From NCBI GenBank assembly GCA_934162255.1, contig CAKPIG010000003.1:84665-148664 (forward strand): a DNA stretch of 64,000 bases, written 5' to 3'. A program made the position numbers and the translations under genes. The notes beneath the pieces are model-generated. The model did not search any database. It was not told the origin of the DNA and saw nothing but the letters and a program-made list of their open reading frames with translations. Shown piece by piece: positions 1-9,374 of the stretch (within the stretch, counting starts at the first letter, position 1; the number at the start of each line of letters is the position of its first letter). This DNA comes from an uncultured Clostridia bacterium. GTDB taxonomy: Bacteria; Bacillota; Clostridia; TANB77; CAG-508.

Positions 1-300
1 AAAATCATGGAAGAAGAAAAAGTTTTTGTAAAAAATATTTATCATTCTGTTTCTGTTGAAGTATTAAGAAGCAATCTATATAGGTTAGTATATCCTATAA
101 TATATAATGAAATAATTGAAAAATCTAAAGGAAAAAATTTACGAGAAGAAGATAAAAAGTTTATAACAGATTTCTATAAATATGCATTTGTATCAGTAGT
201 TTTGGATTGGATTGATAAAGGAATGAATGAAGACCCAGAAATAATAGTACAAAAAGTTAGTAAACTCATAACAGGTACGATTGAACATGTAATAGTATAA
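1..300 (+). CDS. TetR-family regulator, C-terminal domain only (5' end outside window)
   Basis: The frame is open from base 1 with no upstream stop. FYKYAFVSVVLDWIDKGMNEDPEII resembles a TetR-type C-terminal helical domain. Confidence 0.5.
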   Translation, partial: KIMEEEKVFVKNIYHSVSVEVLRSNLYRLVYPIIYNEIIEKSKGKNLREEDKKFITDFYKYAFVSVVLDWIDKGMNEDPEIIVQKVSKLITGTIEHVIV

Positions 301-448
301 TTCATACTTAACATCGGGGAATTAGTTGATAATTATCTGCTTTTATGATATAAAATATTCAATATTAAATTATGGTACAAAAATGAATGTTAAAGATATT
401 ATGAAAATATATAAAGATAAATAACTAAGATATAATAAAGAGGGAGAA

Positions 449-1084
449 ATGAAAGAAAAAATAAAAGAATTTATTATAAAAAATCTAAAATGGATTATAT
501 TATTTATTTGCTTAATTGGATTTTTTGAGTTAGCAGAAGATGTATTTAATAAAGAAATAATGAACGGTGATATAATCGGATATAAAATTGTATCTACATT
601 TCTAATATCAGACTTTACAACACCAATAGCAAAATTTGTAACGAATCTTGGTGGAGCTATATTTATAATAGCATTAGCAATCGTATTATTTATAGTAATA
701 AAAAACAAAAAAGTTGGAATATCTATTTTTACAAACTTAGCTATTATTACAATTTTAAATCAATTATTAAAAAGAATATTACAAAGACCTAGACCAACTG
801 AATATAGAATAATTGAAGAAACAGGATATAGTTTTCCATCAGGGCATTCTATGATAAGTATGGCATTTTATGGTTATTTAATTTACTTGATTTATAAATA
901 TGTTGAAAACAAATATGTTAAGTGGATTTTGATTAGTCTATTAAGTATTTTAATATGTATGATAGGAGTTAGTAGAATTTATTTAGGTGTACATTATACT
1001 AGTGATGTTTTGGGTGGATTTTTAATATCTATATCATATTTGGTTATTTATATAAGTGCTATTAATAAAATTTTATTAACATGA
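449..1084 (+). CDS. PAP2-family membrane phosphatase (BcrC/undecaprenyl-diphosphatase-like)
   Basis: AGAGGGAG RBS upstream of the ATG. PAP2 signature KRILQRPRP ... PSGH ... SRIYLGVHYTSD. Several hydrophobic segments. Confidence 0.85.
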   Translation: MKEKIKEFIIKNLKWIILFICLIGFFELAEDVFNKEIMNGDIIGYKIVSTFLISDFTTPIAKFVTNLGGAIFIIALAIVLFIVIKNKKVGISIFTNLAIITILNQLLKRILQRPRPTEYRIIEETGYSFPSGHSMISMAFYGYLIYLIYKYVENKYVKWILISLLSILICMIGVSRIYLGVHYTSDVLGGFLISISYLVIYISAINKILLT

Positions 1085-1155
1085 TTATAATACAGGCCTT
1101 GGAGATGAGTAAAATATGTTATGATAAAATAATAGTTGATGGAGGTATTATATTT

Positions 1156-1896
1156 ATGAAAAAGTTAAACTCTAATGAACTGAAAATTATTGCTGTTTGT
1201 GCAATGATTTTTGATCATTTATTATGGGTAATAAAACCTGGATATGAAAAAGAAATAATATATTTAATACTACATGTATTTGGAAGAATTGTTGCTCCAA
1301 TATTTTGTTTTTTTATAGCAGAAGGAGCATATTATACTAAAAACAGAAAAATATATTTAACAAGATTATTAGCATTTGCTGTAATATCACATTTTGCGTA
1401 TTGTTTTGCTTTTGGTATTAATTTTTTACCATTTTCAAAAGGAACGTTTTTTAATCAGACAAGCATTATGTGGTCACTTGCTTTAGGACTTATTGGAATA
1501 ATAATAAATGACTCGAAATTAAATAGTAAATTGAAAATAGTATTAATACTTTTTCTATGTGTGCTAGGATTTCCATCTGATTGGAGCTCTGTTGCTGTAA
1601 TGATAATAATTTATGATTATGCATATAGAAACAATTTCAAAAAACAAATGATAACTCAAACAATATTTTCAGCAATATATGCAGTGGTATATAGTATATT
1701 TATAGATTTTTGTTATGGATTATTACAAATGGGAACTATTCTATCAATTCCTCTACTAAAAAAATATAATGGTAAAAGAGGAAAATGGAAAGAAATGAAA
1801 TACTTTTTTTATTTGATATACCCATTACATCTTGTTATATGTGGTTTCATAAGACTATATTTATATGGAAATATTTCAGTTATGATTGGAGGATAA
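1156..1896 (+). CDS. TraX-family polytopic membrane protein
   Basis: GGAGG at 1141-1145 precedes ATG 1156; the track ORF starts earlier at 1081. LKIIAVCAMIFDHLLW is a TraX-like N-terminus. Confidence 0.7.
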   Translation: MKKLNSNELKIIAVCAMIFDHLLWVIKPGYEKEIIYLILHVFGRIVAPIFCFFIAEGAYYTKNRKIYLTRLLAFAVISHFAYCFAFGINFLPFSKGTFFNQTSIMWSLALGLIGIIINDSKLNSKLKIVLILFLCVLGFPSDWSSVAVMIIIYDYAYRNNFKKQMITQTIFSAIYAVVYSIFIDFCYGLLQMGTILSIPLLKKYNGKRGKWKEMKYFFYLIYPLHLVICGFIRLYLYGNISVMIGG

Positions 1897-1948
1897 GAAG
1901 AGTAAAATAGACCCAGTAGTATTTTACTATTGAGCCTATTTTTTACAA

Positions 1949-2551
1949 TTAAAGTTGTTTTAAGATATTTTCAAAAGCCTTTTTTCTTGGGCCAATTTTA
2001 TCCTTTTCTTCTGGAGGCAGTTCAGATAGAGTTTTATTAAGTCCTTTTACTTTGAAATATTGATCAAATCCAAATTCTCTTTCGCCTGCACATTGGCACA
2101 TATCTCCACTCAATGATTCTTCTGAAAAGATTGTTTTATCAGAATCAATATATGCAATTGCTGAAATCCAATGAGCAGTTGTGTCAGGATTGCCACTTTC
2201 TTTCATAAGCTCAAGAATAATAGGATATAATTCATTAGGTTTGTCTGCATTTACATTTGCACCTGGACGAAACTTTTCAATACAACGTTTTGTATAAACA
2301 CCAGGATATCCATTTAATGAATCAATCATAATACCAGAATCTTCTGCAAGAACAGGCATATTTAATTTTTGAAACCAGTATTTTGCCTTGATTATAGCAT
2401 TTTCTGAAAACGTAGAGCCATTCTCATCTGCTTGAGGTACACCAGCAATTTCAGGAATATCTTTTAGACAAAGTATTTTTATTCCTTTTGGTGCCATACG
2501 CTGAATTTCAATGGCTTTTTTGGAATTTAAGCTTGCAAAAACAATATTCAT
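1949..2551 (-). CDS. Non-canonical purine NTP pyrophosphatase, RdgB/HAM1 family (divergent)
   Basis: Matches the Ham1 pattern at ENAIIKAKY, LAEDSGIMIDSLNGYPGVYT, FGFDQYF and EEKDKIGPRKKAF. Length is about 200 aa. Confidence 0.65.
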   Translation of the reverse strand: MNIVFASLNSKKAIEIQRMAPKGIKILCLKDIPEIAGVPQADENGSTFSENAIIKAKYWFQKLNMPVLAEDSGIMIDSLNGYPGVYTKRCIEKFRPGANVNADKPNELYPIILELMKESGNPDTTAHWISAIAYIDSDKTIFSEESLSGDMCQCAGEREFGFDQYFKVKGLNKTLSELPPEEKDKIGPRKKAFENILKQL

Positions 2552-2709
2552 TATAAATCAACTCCATTCTTTGGAAAAATTATAACAAAATAATAATTAA
2601 ATGTAAATAACAAAAATCTACTTTAATTTTATAGTGACTCTTTTTTATTAATAATTTCTATGTTATAATTCAAATATATAAATAATCAATAAGACTGGAG
2701 AGTCAAAAA

Positions 2710-3246
2710 ATGTATAAATATATGTATCAAACTCCAGAAAACTTTTCAAATATGATTATGAATAGTGATGGAGAATATTTAACAGGTTTGTGGTTTGAAG
2801 ATTCGAGAGATTCTTCGAAACATATAATAGACTGTGAAGAAAAAAATTTAGAAATTTTTGAACAAACAAGTAAATGGTTAGATATTTATTTTAATGGTAA
2901 AAATCCTGATTTTATACCCAAATATAAAATAAATAATTCAACACCATTTAGACAAGAAGTAATAGATATAATGAACACAATTGAATATGGCAAAGTTGTA
3001 ACTTATAATGATATATCAAAAATAATTGCCAAGAAAAGAAACTTGAAAAGAATGTCGTCACAAGCAGTTGGTGGAGCTGTTGGATGGAATCCTATCTGTA
3101 TTATAATTCCTTGCCACAGGGTAGTTGGAACAAATGGAAGCTTAACAGGATATGGTGGAGGAATAAAAAATAAGGTAGAACTATTAAAACTAGAAGGAAT
3201 TTGTATGGATAAATATTTTGTGCCAAAGAAAGGAACTGCATTATGA
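2710..3246 (+). CDS. ogt: Methylated-DNA--protein-cysteine methyltransferase
   Basis: Active-site motif IIPCHRVVG and a C-terminal GGGIKNKVELLKLEG. Confidence 0.9.
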   Translation: MYKYMYQTPENFSNMIMNSDGEYLTGLWFEDSRDSSKHIIDCEEKNLEIFEQTSKWLDIYFNGKNPDFIPKYKINNSTPFRQEVIDIMNTIEYGKVVTYNDISKIIAKKRNLKRMSSQAVGGAVGWNPICIIIPCHRVVGTNGSLTGYGGGIKNKVELLKLEGICMDKYFVPKKGTAL

Positions 3247-3791
3247 TAAGATGCAAGTGGTGTAATTTAAAAAATCAAAAATATATAGAATACCATGATG
3301 AAGAATGGGGAGTGCCTGTGTATGATGATAAGTATCTATATGAAATGATAATTTTGGAATCATTCCAAGCAGGCCTATCTTGGGAATGTGTCCTAAATAA
3401 AAGAGAAGCTTTTAGAAAGGCATTTGATAATTTTGAAATAGAAAAAGTGTGTAACTATGATGATAAAAAAATACAAGAGTTACTGAAAAATGAGAATATT
3501 ATAAGAAATAAATTGAAAATAAATGCAGCCATTAACAATAGCAAAATATTTAAAGAAATACAAAATGAATATAAAACATTTTCTGATTATATTTGGAGTT
3601 TTTCAAATGGCAAAGTAATTTATGAAAATAATAAAACAAGTTCAGAGCTATCTGATACAATTTCAAAAGATTTACAAAAAAGAGGAATGAAATTTGTAGG
3701 AACAACAATTATATACTCTTATTTACAGGCAATAGGAGTGATTTATTCACATGAAAAAGAATGTTTTATGTATGAAATGAAAAAGGAGTAA
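3243..3791 (+). CDS. tag: DNA-3-methyladenine glycosylase I
   Basis: EYHDEEWGVP and ESFQAGLSW motifs. ATGA start/stop overlap with ogt. Confidence 0.9.
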   Translation: MIRCKWCNLKNQKYIEYHDEEWGVPVYDDKYLYEMIILESFQAGLSWECVLNKREAFRKAFDNFEIEKVCNYDDKKIQELLKNENIIRNKLKINAAINNSKIFKEIQNEYKTFSDYIWSFSNGKVIYENNKTSSELSDTISKDLQKRGMKFVGTTIIYSYLQAIGVIYSHEKECFMYEMKKE

Positions 3792-3797
3792 TTTAAG

Positions 3798-4004
3798 ATG
3801 ATAAAAATTATTGAATTTATTAAGAAATTATTTTGTAAAAAAAATAGACTTCAAATTCCTCCACCTAAAGAGAATATAATTGAAGAAAATAAAAGCACAG
3901 AAAAAGAATTTTCGTTAAACTTGAAAAGATTAGCAAATCCTTCAATAAATGATGGGAATGGATTTGGAATTGTAAAATGCGTTGATTTAAAGGAGATTAT
4001 TTAA
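3798..4004 (+). CDS. Hypothetical 68-aa protein
   Basis: GGAG RBS lies inside the end of tag. Its stop codon shares one base with the next ATG (TAATG), so it looks translationally coupled. Confidence 0.5.
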   Translation: MIKIIEFIKKLFCKKNRLQIPPPKENIIEENKSTEKEFSLNLKRLANPSINDGNGFGIVKCVDLKEII

Positions 4005-5269
4005 TGGGTACTTATGAAGAATTATTTGAAAATAATCCTGATTTAGAAAATTTAACTCTGATACATTTTAACACACCAGGAGTAAGAAGTTTTTCTAGAA
4101 ACTGTGAGGTTGAGATTTATGGGAATCCTGCAGATTATTTAGATGTTGCTAGAAAGGCTAAAAATTTAAGATGTATAAATTTGAAACCAGATCAAGATGC
4201 CGAATTTTTTGAAGGATTAAAAGAATTTGTAAATCAAATAGATTATGATGTTAAATTATGTTCTGATACAATTTTTAATTGCACAAAGGAAGAATTTTTT
4301 AAAGGTGAAAATATAATAGAATCTGTAATTTCTGAAATGGATCCAAATTGGAATACTAAGCAAAAACTTGCATTTGTTCATTATAAAATGGGCAAATTAG
4401 TTACTTATCATGCAGATTATAACAGCTACAAAGTTCCACCTATGCCAGAGTCAATTCCTGCTTCAAGAAATATATGGAAAGCTTTAAGTGATGGAATATC
4501 AGTTTGCAATGGGGTTACAGAAATAGAAAGAACAATGTTGTCTAGAGTTGGGGTTAAAACACAAGAACTAAAATCTGGTACGCATGTATTTTTATTAACA
4601 GAAACAGATGAAGGAAATATAATGTCAGATGCAACATGGGATTTAGCATATACTAAATTTGGTTGTAGACCGCAATATCTAGGACTTTCATATGAAAAAT
4701 TTAGAGAAAAAGATGGTGGTTTGACAAATGCACATAAGTTAGATTCAGTACCTGAAAATGTAATCACTTTATCTAATGATGAGGTCACTGACATATATGA
4801 TAGTTTGGGATTTTTAAATAGTGAAAAGAAATTTGATACTCCAATTATGAAAATATTATCTGAGATAAAAGAAAAATATCCAGATTTGAACAAAAGAGTC
4901 AGTGAGGCTTTTACAAGTTTTGGAGAACACTTTCCAAATGAGATGTCTAGTTTATCAGAAATACAACATATGATGTCATATGTTGCACAATGGACTGGAA
5001 TGAATTATGATAAATTAAAATCAAATTATATATATCGCTCAGAAGATAGTGAATTTAAAAAACCAGGTCTTGTTTTTAGAATTGACGGAAAAGATAATAA
5101 TACATTTTTTAAAATCCTAGATTCTGGAACAAGTGCATTCAGAGATATAACAGAAGAAGAATTATGTGATCAGTATAGATTACACATTAATTCAAAAGCT
5201 GTTCCATTTTGGTCAAAAAATCATGAAAAAGATTTTGCAGAACCAGCTATTGAAGAAAATAATAGATAA
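4004..5269 (+). CDS. Hypothetical protein with a transglutaminase-like cysteine-peptidase core
   Basis: Candidate Cys-His-Asp arrangement in order: GISVCNGVT, then GTHVFLL, then SDATWD. No signal peptide or TM segment seen. Confidence 0.45.
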   Translation: MGTYEELFENNPDLENLTLIHFNTPGVRSFSRNCEVEIYGNPADYLDVARKAKNLRCINLKPDQDAEFFEGLKEFVNQIDYDVKLCSDTIFNCTKEEFFKGENIIESVISEMDPNWNTKQKLAFVHYKMGKLVTYHADYNSYKVPPMPESIPASRNIWKALSDGISVCNGVTEIERTMLSRVGVKTQELKSGTHVFLLTETDEGNIMSDATWDLAYTKFGCRPQYLGLSYEKFREKDGGLTNAHKLDSVPENVITLSNDEVTDIYDSLGFLNSEKKFDTPIMKILSEIKEKYPDLNKRVSEAFTSFGEHFPNEMSSLSEIQHMMSYVAQWTGMNYDKLKSNYIYRSEDSEFKKPGLVFRIDGKDNNTFFKILDSGTSAFRDITEEELCDQYRLHINSKAVPFWSKNHEKDFAEPAIEENNR

Positions 5270-5280
5270 AAATTAATAAA

Positions 5281-5313
5281 AGTCACTTACCAGTCACTTT
5301 ACTTCATTATAAT
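5281..5313 (+). promoter_or_regulatory. Direct repeat AGTCACTT x2 at 11-bp spacing, over the -35 position of a TATAAT promoter
   Basis: AGTCACTTACC at 5281-5291, AGTCACTTTAC at 5292-5302, TATAAT at 5308-5313. It lies 25 nt upstream of the ABC ATPase start. Confidence 0.45.
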
Positions 5314-5337
5314 AAACTCATAAAAGGAGGAAAAAGT

Positions 5338-6009
5338 ATGGAAATATTAAGAGTAGAAAACTTAAGAAAAACATATGGAAAAGGTCAAAATGAAGTAAAA
5401 GCATTAGATGGAGTGACTTTTTCTGTTGAAAAAGGAGAATTTGTAGCAATTGTTGGTGCAAGTGGTAGTGGAAAATCTACATTATTACATTTGCTAGGAG
5501 GAGTAGATAGACCAACAAGTGGAAAAGTATTTATAGAAGGAAAAGATATTTATAAATTAAATGATGATGAGTTAGCAATATTCAGAAGAAGGCAAGTAGG
5601 CTTAATATATCAATTTTATAATTTAATACCAATACTAAATGTAGAAGAAAATATAGTATTGCCATTAAGCTTAGATGGAAGAAGTGTAAATACAAATAAG
5701 CTACAAGAATTATTAAAAAGTCTGGGGTTAGAAGATAGAAAAATGCATCTACCAAATGAATTATCAGGAGGTCAACAACAAAGAACATCTATAGGAAGAG
5801 CAATGATAACAAATCCTGCAATAATATTAGCAGATGAACCAACAGGAAACCTTGATTCAAAAGCAAGTGATGAAATTGTAGAACTATTAAAAAAATCAAA
5901 CAGAGATTATAAACAGACAATAATAATGATTACTCATAATCTTGAAATTGCAAAAATAGCTGATAGAATAATAAAAATTGAAGATGGCAAGATTGTAGGT
6001 GAAGAATAA
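5338..6009 (+). CDS. ABC transporter ATP-binding protein (MacB/FtsE-like)
   Basis: Walker A GASGSGKST, signature LSGGQQQR, Walker B ILADEPT. AGGAGG RBS. Confidence 0.95.
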   Translation: MEILRVENLRKTYGKGQNEVKALDGVTFSVEKGEFVAIVGASGSGKSTLLHLLGGVDRPTSGKVFIEGKDIYKLNDDELAIFRRRQVGLIYQFYNLIPILNVEENIVLPLSLDGRSVNTNKLQELLKSLGLEDRKMHLPNELSGGQQQRTSIGRAMITNPAIILADEPTGNLDSKASDEIVELLKKSNRDYKQTIIMITHNLEIAKIADRIIKIEDGKIVGEE

Positions 6010-8645
6010 TGGATTTATTAAAAAAGCTTACAATTAAGAATTTAAGGTTAAATAGAAAAAGAACAATTGTAACAATGATAGGAATAATCCTATCAGTAGC
6101 ATTATTAAGTGCTGTTTCAAGCATGTTTATGAGTGCAAGGCAAAGTTTAATAGATTATGAAATAAAACAAAGAGGTAATTATCATTATTCATTTAAAGAT
6201 GTAAGTAAAGAAAACATTAAAAAATTAAAGGAAAATAGAAAAATTCAAAATATTTATTATGCTGAAAATCTAGGCTATTCAAAGCTCGATGGAATAAAAA
6301 ATGTTAATAAACCATATTTGTATGTAAGAGCATATACGCAAGAAACAATGAAACAATTATCTATAAATTTAGTAGAAGGAAGACTTCCTCAAAATGAAAA
6401 TGAGATAGTAATACCAAAACATCTAAAAACAAATGGAAGACTAGAACTGAAAGTAGGAGAACAAATAACATTAAATATTGGCGAAAGGGAAAATGGAACA
6501 GAAAGATTAACACAACAAGATTCATATAGTAAAAATGAAAAATTAGTAGATACTGAAACAAAGACTTATACAATAACAGGAATAATGGAAAGACCAGGCA
6601 GAAATATTGAACCATATAGTGCTCCTGGGTACACAGCAATAACATATTTATCTGAAGAGAATATAACTGATAAGGCAGATATATATGTAAGATATACAGA
6701 TAAAGGTAGAAAAGAGCATTTAAAGACAACAGCAGAAATTTTAGGAGTAGATGCAGAAAAATTTGAAAAGCTATACAATTCTACAAATTTGAATGCTGAA
6801 GAATATTCTAAAATATCAGAAGAAGTTTTTACTAAGGCAAAATATAATTATGATGAAAATGAATATTTAATTTCACTAGAAACTGGAATAACAGGAGAGA
6901 GTACTTTAAAAATGTTATTATTAGCAAGTGGAATAGTTGTTATCATTATAATAGTAACATCAGTATTTTGCATAAAAAATAGTTTTGACATTTCTATAAC
7001 AGAGAAAATAAAACAGTATGGAATGCTTGCAAGTATTGGAGCAACAAAAAAACAAATAAGAAAAAATGTATATTTTGAAGCAACAATATTAGGAGTAATA
7101 TCAATACCAATAGGTATATTATCAGGAATATTAGCCGCATATATACTTATAATAGTAAGTAATAGCATATTAGGAGATTCAATAGGAATAAAATTGGTCT
7201 TCAAATTTTCTATATTGGCATGTTTATTTGCGATGTTACTAGGAATAATAACAATTTATTTATCAGCAAGTAAATCAGCAAGAAAAGCAAGCAAAATAGC
7301 TCCTATAACAGCAATTAGAAACAGTGATGAACTAAAATTAAAAGCAAAGAAAATAAAAAGCCCTAAAATTATCTCAAAACTATTTGGGATAGGAGGAGAA
7401 ATATCATATAAAAACTTAAAAAGAAGCAGAAAAAAATATCGTACAACAGTTATTAGTATATTTGTGTGTGTAACTGTATTTATAGTAATAACTTCATTTA
7501 CTCAAACAGTAATGGAATTATTGAAATTAGAAACCAAAACATATAATTATGATATAAGTGTTTCATATGAAAAAAATGAAAATAATGAAATTGAAGAAAA
7601 AGTAAAATCAATTATCCAATTAGATGATGTAAAAGATTTTTCAATAATAAATAGAACATATTTAAATATAAAACCTAAATATACAGAACAATATAAAAAA
7701 TTAAAAATAAATGATGAGGAAGAAGAAAATCAAAAAGAACATTTATCAACAGTAATATTAAATAAAGAACAATTTGAAAAATACATAAAAAGTTTGGGAT
7801 TAAAAACAACAGAAGCAGCCAAAAAAGGAATATTAATAAATGAAATATATGATACAACATATGATGAAGAAAAATCAAAATATATAACACAGCAGATGTC
7901 AGTATATTCTTATAATGTTGGAGATGTAATAGAAGGAAAAAGCACAATATTGAATGATGATCAAGACTTAATAGAAAATGATAGTGTAAATATAGAAATA
8001 GCTAAAATAACAGACAAAGTACCACTAGGAGTACAAGATATGCCTAGTATGCCAATATTAATATTAAATGAAGAATATTATGATAATATAAAAAATCCAA
8101 AGTATGATGAAGGAGTTTTTATAAAAACAAATGATGATGAGAAAATACAAAAAGAAATAGAAGAAATATTAAAAGGATATACATTTAACCTAAATAATGT
8201 ACAAGATAGCATAAAGTCAATAAAATCAATTTACTTCTTAATAGGAATATTTGCATATGGATTTATAATAGTAATAGCTTTAATAGGTATAACAAGTATA
8301 TTCAATACAGTTACGACAAATATGAGTTTAAGAGCAAGAGAATTTGCAATGTTAAAAAGTATAGGAATGACCAAAAAAGAATTTAATAAAATGATAAGGC
8401 TAGAAAGCATATTTATGGCAATAAAATCATTATTCTTTGCAATTCCAATAGGGATTTTTATATCATACAGAATATATAAACTAGGAATGAATGGAACAAT
8501 TGTAATAAAATATCAAATACCATTCTTGCCAGTAATAGGCTCAATTATAGCAATTTATATATTAATATTAGCAATAATGAAATATTCAATAAATAAAATA
8601 AACAAACAAAACACTATTGAAACAATAAGAAATGAAAACATATAA
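6009..8645 (+). CDS. ABC permease, fused double FtsX/MacB-type (878 aa)
   Basis: Two consecutive units, each made of one TM, a large extracytoplasmic domain and three TMs. The start overlaps the ATPase stop by 1 nt. Confidence 0.8.
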   Translation: MDLLKKLTIKNLRLNRKRTIVTMIGIILSVALLSAVSSMFMSARQSLIDYEIKQRGNYHYSFKDVSKENIKKLKENRKIQNIYYAENLGYSKLDGIKNVNKPYLYVRAYTQETMKQLSINLVEGRLPQNENEIVIPKHLKTNGRLELKVGEQITLNIGERENGTERLTQQDSYSKNEKLVDTETKTYTITGIMERPGRNIEPYSAPGYTAITYLSEENITDKADIYVRYTDKGRKEHLKTTAEILGVDAEKFEKLYNSTNLNAEEYSKISEEVFTKAKYNYDENEYLISLETGITGESTLKMLLLASGIVVIIIIVTSVFCIKNSFDISITEKIKQYGMLASIGATKKQIRKNVYFEATILGVISIPIGILSGILAAYILIIVSNSILGDSIGIKLVFKFSILACLFAMLLGIITIYLSASKSARKASKIAPITAIRNSDELKLKAKKIKSPKIISKLFGIGGEISYKNLKRSRKKYRTTVISIFVCVTVFIVITSFTQTVMELLKLETKTYNYDISVSYEKNENNEIEEKVKSIIQLDDVKDFSIINRTYLNIKPKYTEQYKKLKINDEEEENQKEHLSTVILNKEQFEKYIKSLGLKTTEAAKKGILINEIYDTTYDEEKSKYITQQMSVYSYNVGDVIEGKSTILNDDQDLIENDSVNIEIAKITDKVPLGVQDMPSMPILILNEEYYDNIKNPKYDEGVFIKTNDDEKIQKEIEEILKGYTFNLNNVQDSIKSIKSIYFLIGIFAYGFIIVIALIGITSIFNTVTTNMSLRAREFAMLKSIGMTKKEFNKMIRLESIFMAIKSLFFAIPIGIFISYRIYKLGMNGTIVIKYQIPFLPVIGSIIAIYILILAIMKYSINKINKQNTIETIRNENI

Positions 8646-8646
8646 C

Positions 8647-8671
8647 AAGAGGACTGGAAAAGTCCTCTTTT
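8647..8671 (+). terminator. Intrinsic terminator
   Basis: AAGAGGACT / AGTCCTCTT 9-bp stem with a GGAAA loop, followed by TT. An extended -10 (TGTGATATAAT) follows immediately. Confidence 0.8.
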
Positions 8672-8705
8672 ATGTGATATAATGCTCAAAGAAAGGATGA
8701 AATGA

Positions 8706-9374
8706 ATGGATATATTATTAGTGGAAGATAATGAAACATTAGCAAAAGGCCTATTATATACTTTAACTCAAAATTCATTTGAAGTAAGACATGCTAAAAC
8801 GGTAAAAGAAACCAAAAACATATTAAAGTATTATAATCCGAAGCTAGTAATACTTGATATATCTCTCACAGACGGAAACGGATTTGACTTATTAAAAGAT
8901 GAAATTAAACCAAAATCAATACCAACAATATTTTTGACAGCCAAAGATGAAGAAGATGATATTGTAAAAGGCTTTGAATTAGGTGCAGAAGACTATATAA
9001 CAAAACCATTTTCAACAAGAGAACTAATTGCAAGAATTAATAGAATAATGCAAAAAGGAAATAAAAATCATATAATAAATATTAAAGACATAAAATTTGA
9101 CACTGATAAAATGGTAGTATATAAAAATTCTGAAGAAGTGAATTTAACAGGATTAGAACTTAAAATATTACATTTATTATTAATGAATATAAATAAAGTT
9201 GTTACAAGAGATTACATCATAGAAAAAGTATGGGAATGGACAGGAAATGACATAAATGATAATACTGTTACTGTATATTTAAAACGAATTCGTGAAAAAA
9301 CAGGACAAGACATTATAAAAACAATAAGGGGAATAGGTTATAGAATAGATGAAGAAAAAAAGAATAATAACTAA
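8706..9374 (+). CDS. OmpR/PhoB-family response regulator
   Basis: Receiver domain (VILDISLTDGNG, TAKDEEDD) plus a winged-helix C-terminus (TVYLKRIREK, GIGYRI). Confidence 0.9.
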   Translation: MDILLVEDNETLAKGLLYTLTQNSFEVRHAKTVKETKNILKYYNPKLVILDISLTDGNGFDLLKDEIKPKSIPTIFLTAKDEEDDIVKGFELGAEDYITKPFSTRELIARINRIMQKGNKNHIINIKDIKFDTDKMVVYKNSEEVNLTGLELKILHLLLMNINKVVTRDYIIEKVWEWTGNDINDNTVTVYLKRIREKTGQDIIKTIRGIGYRIDEEKKNNN

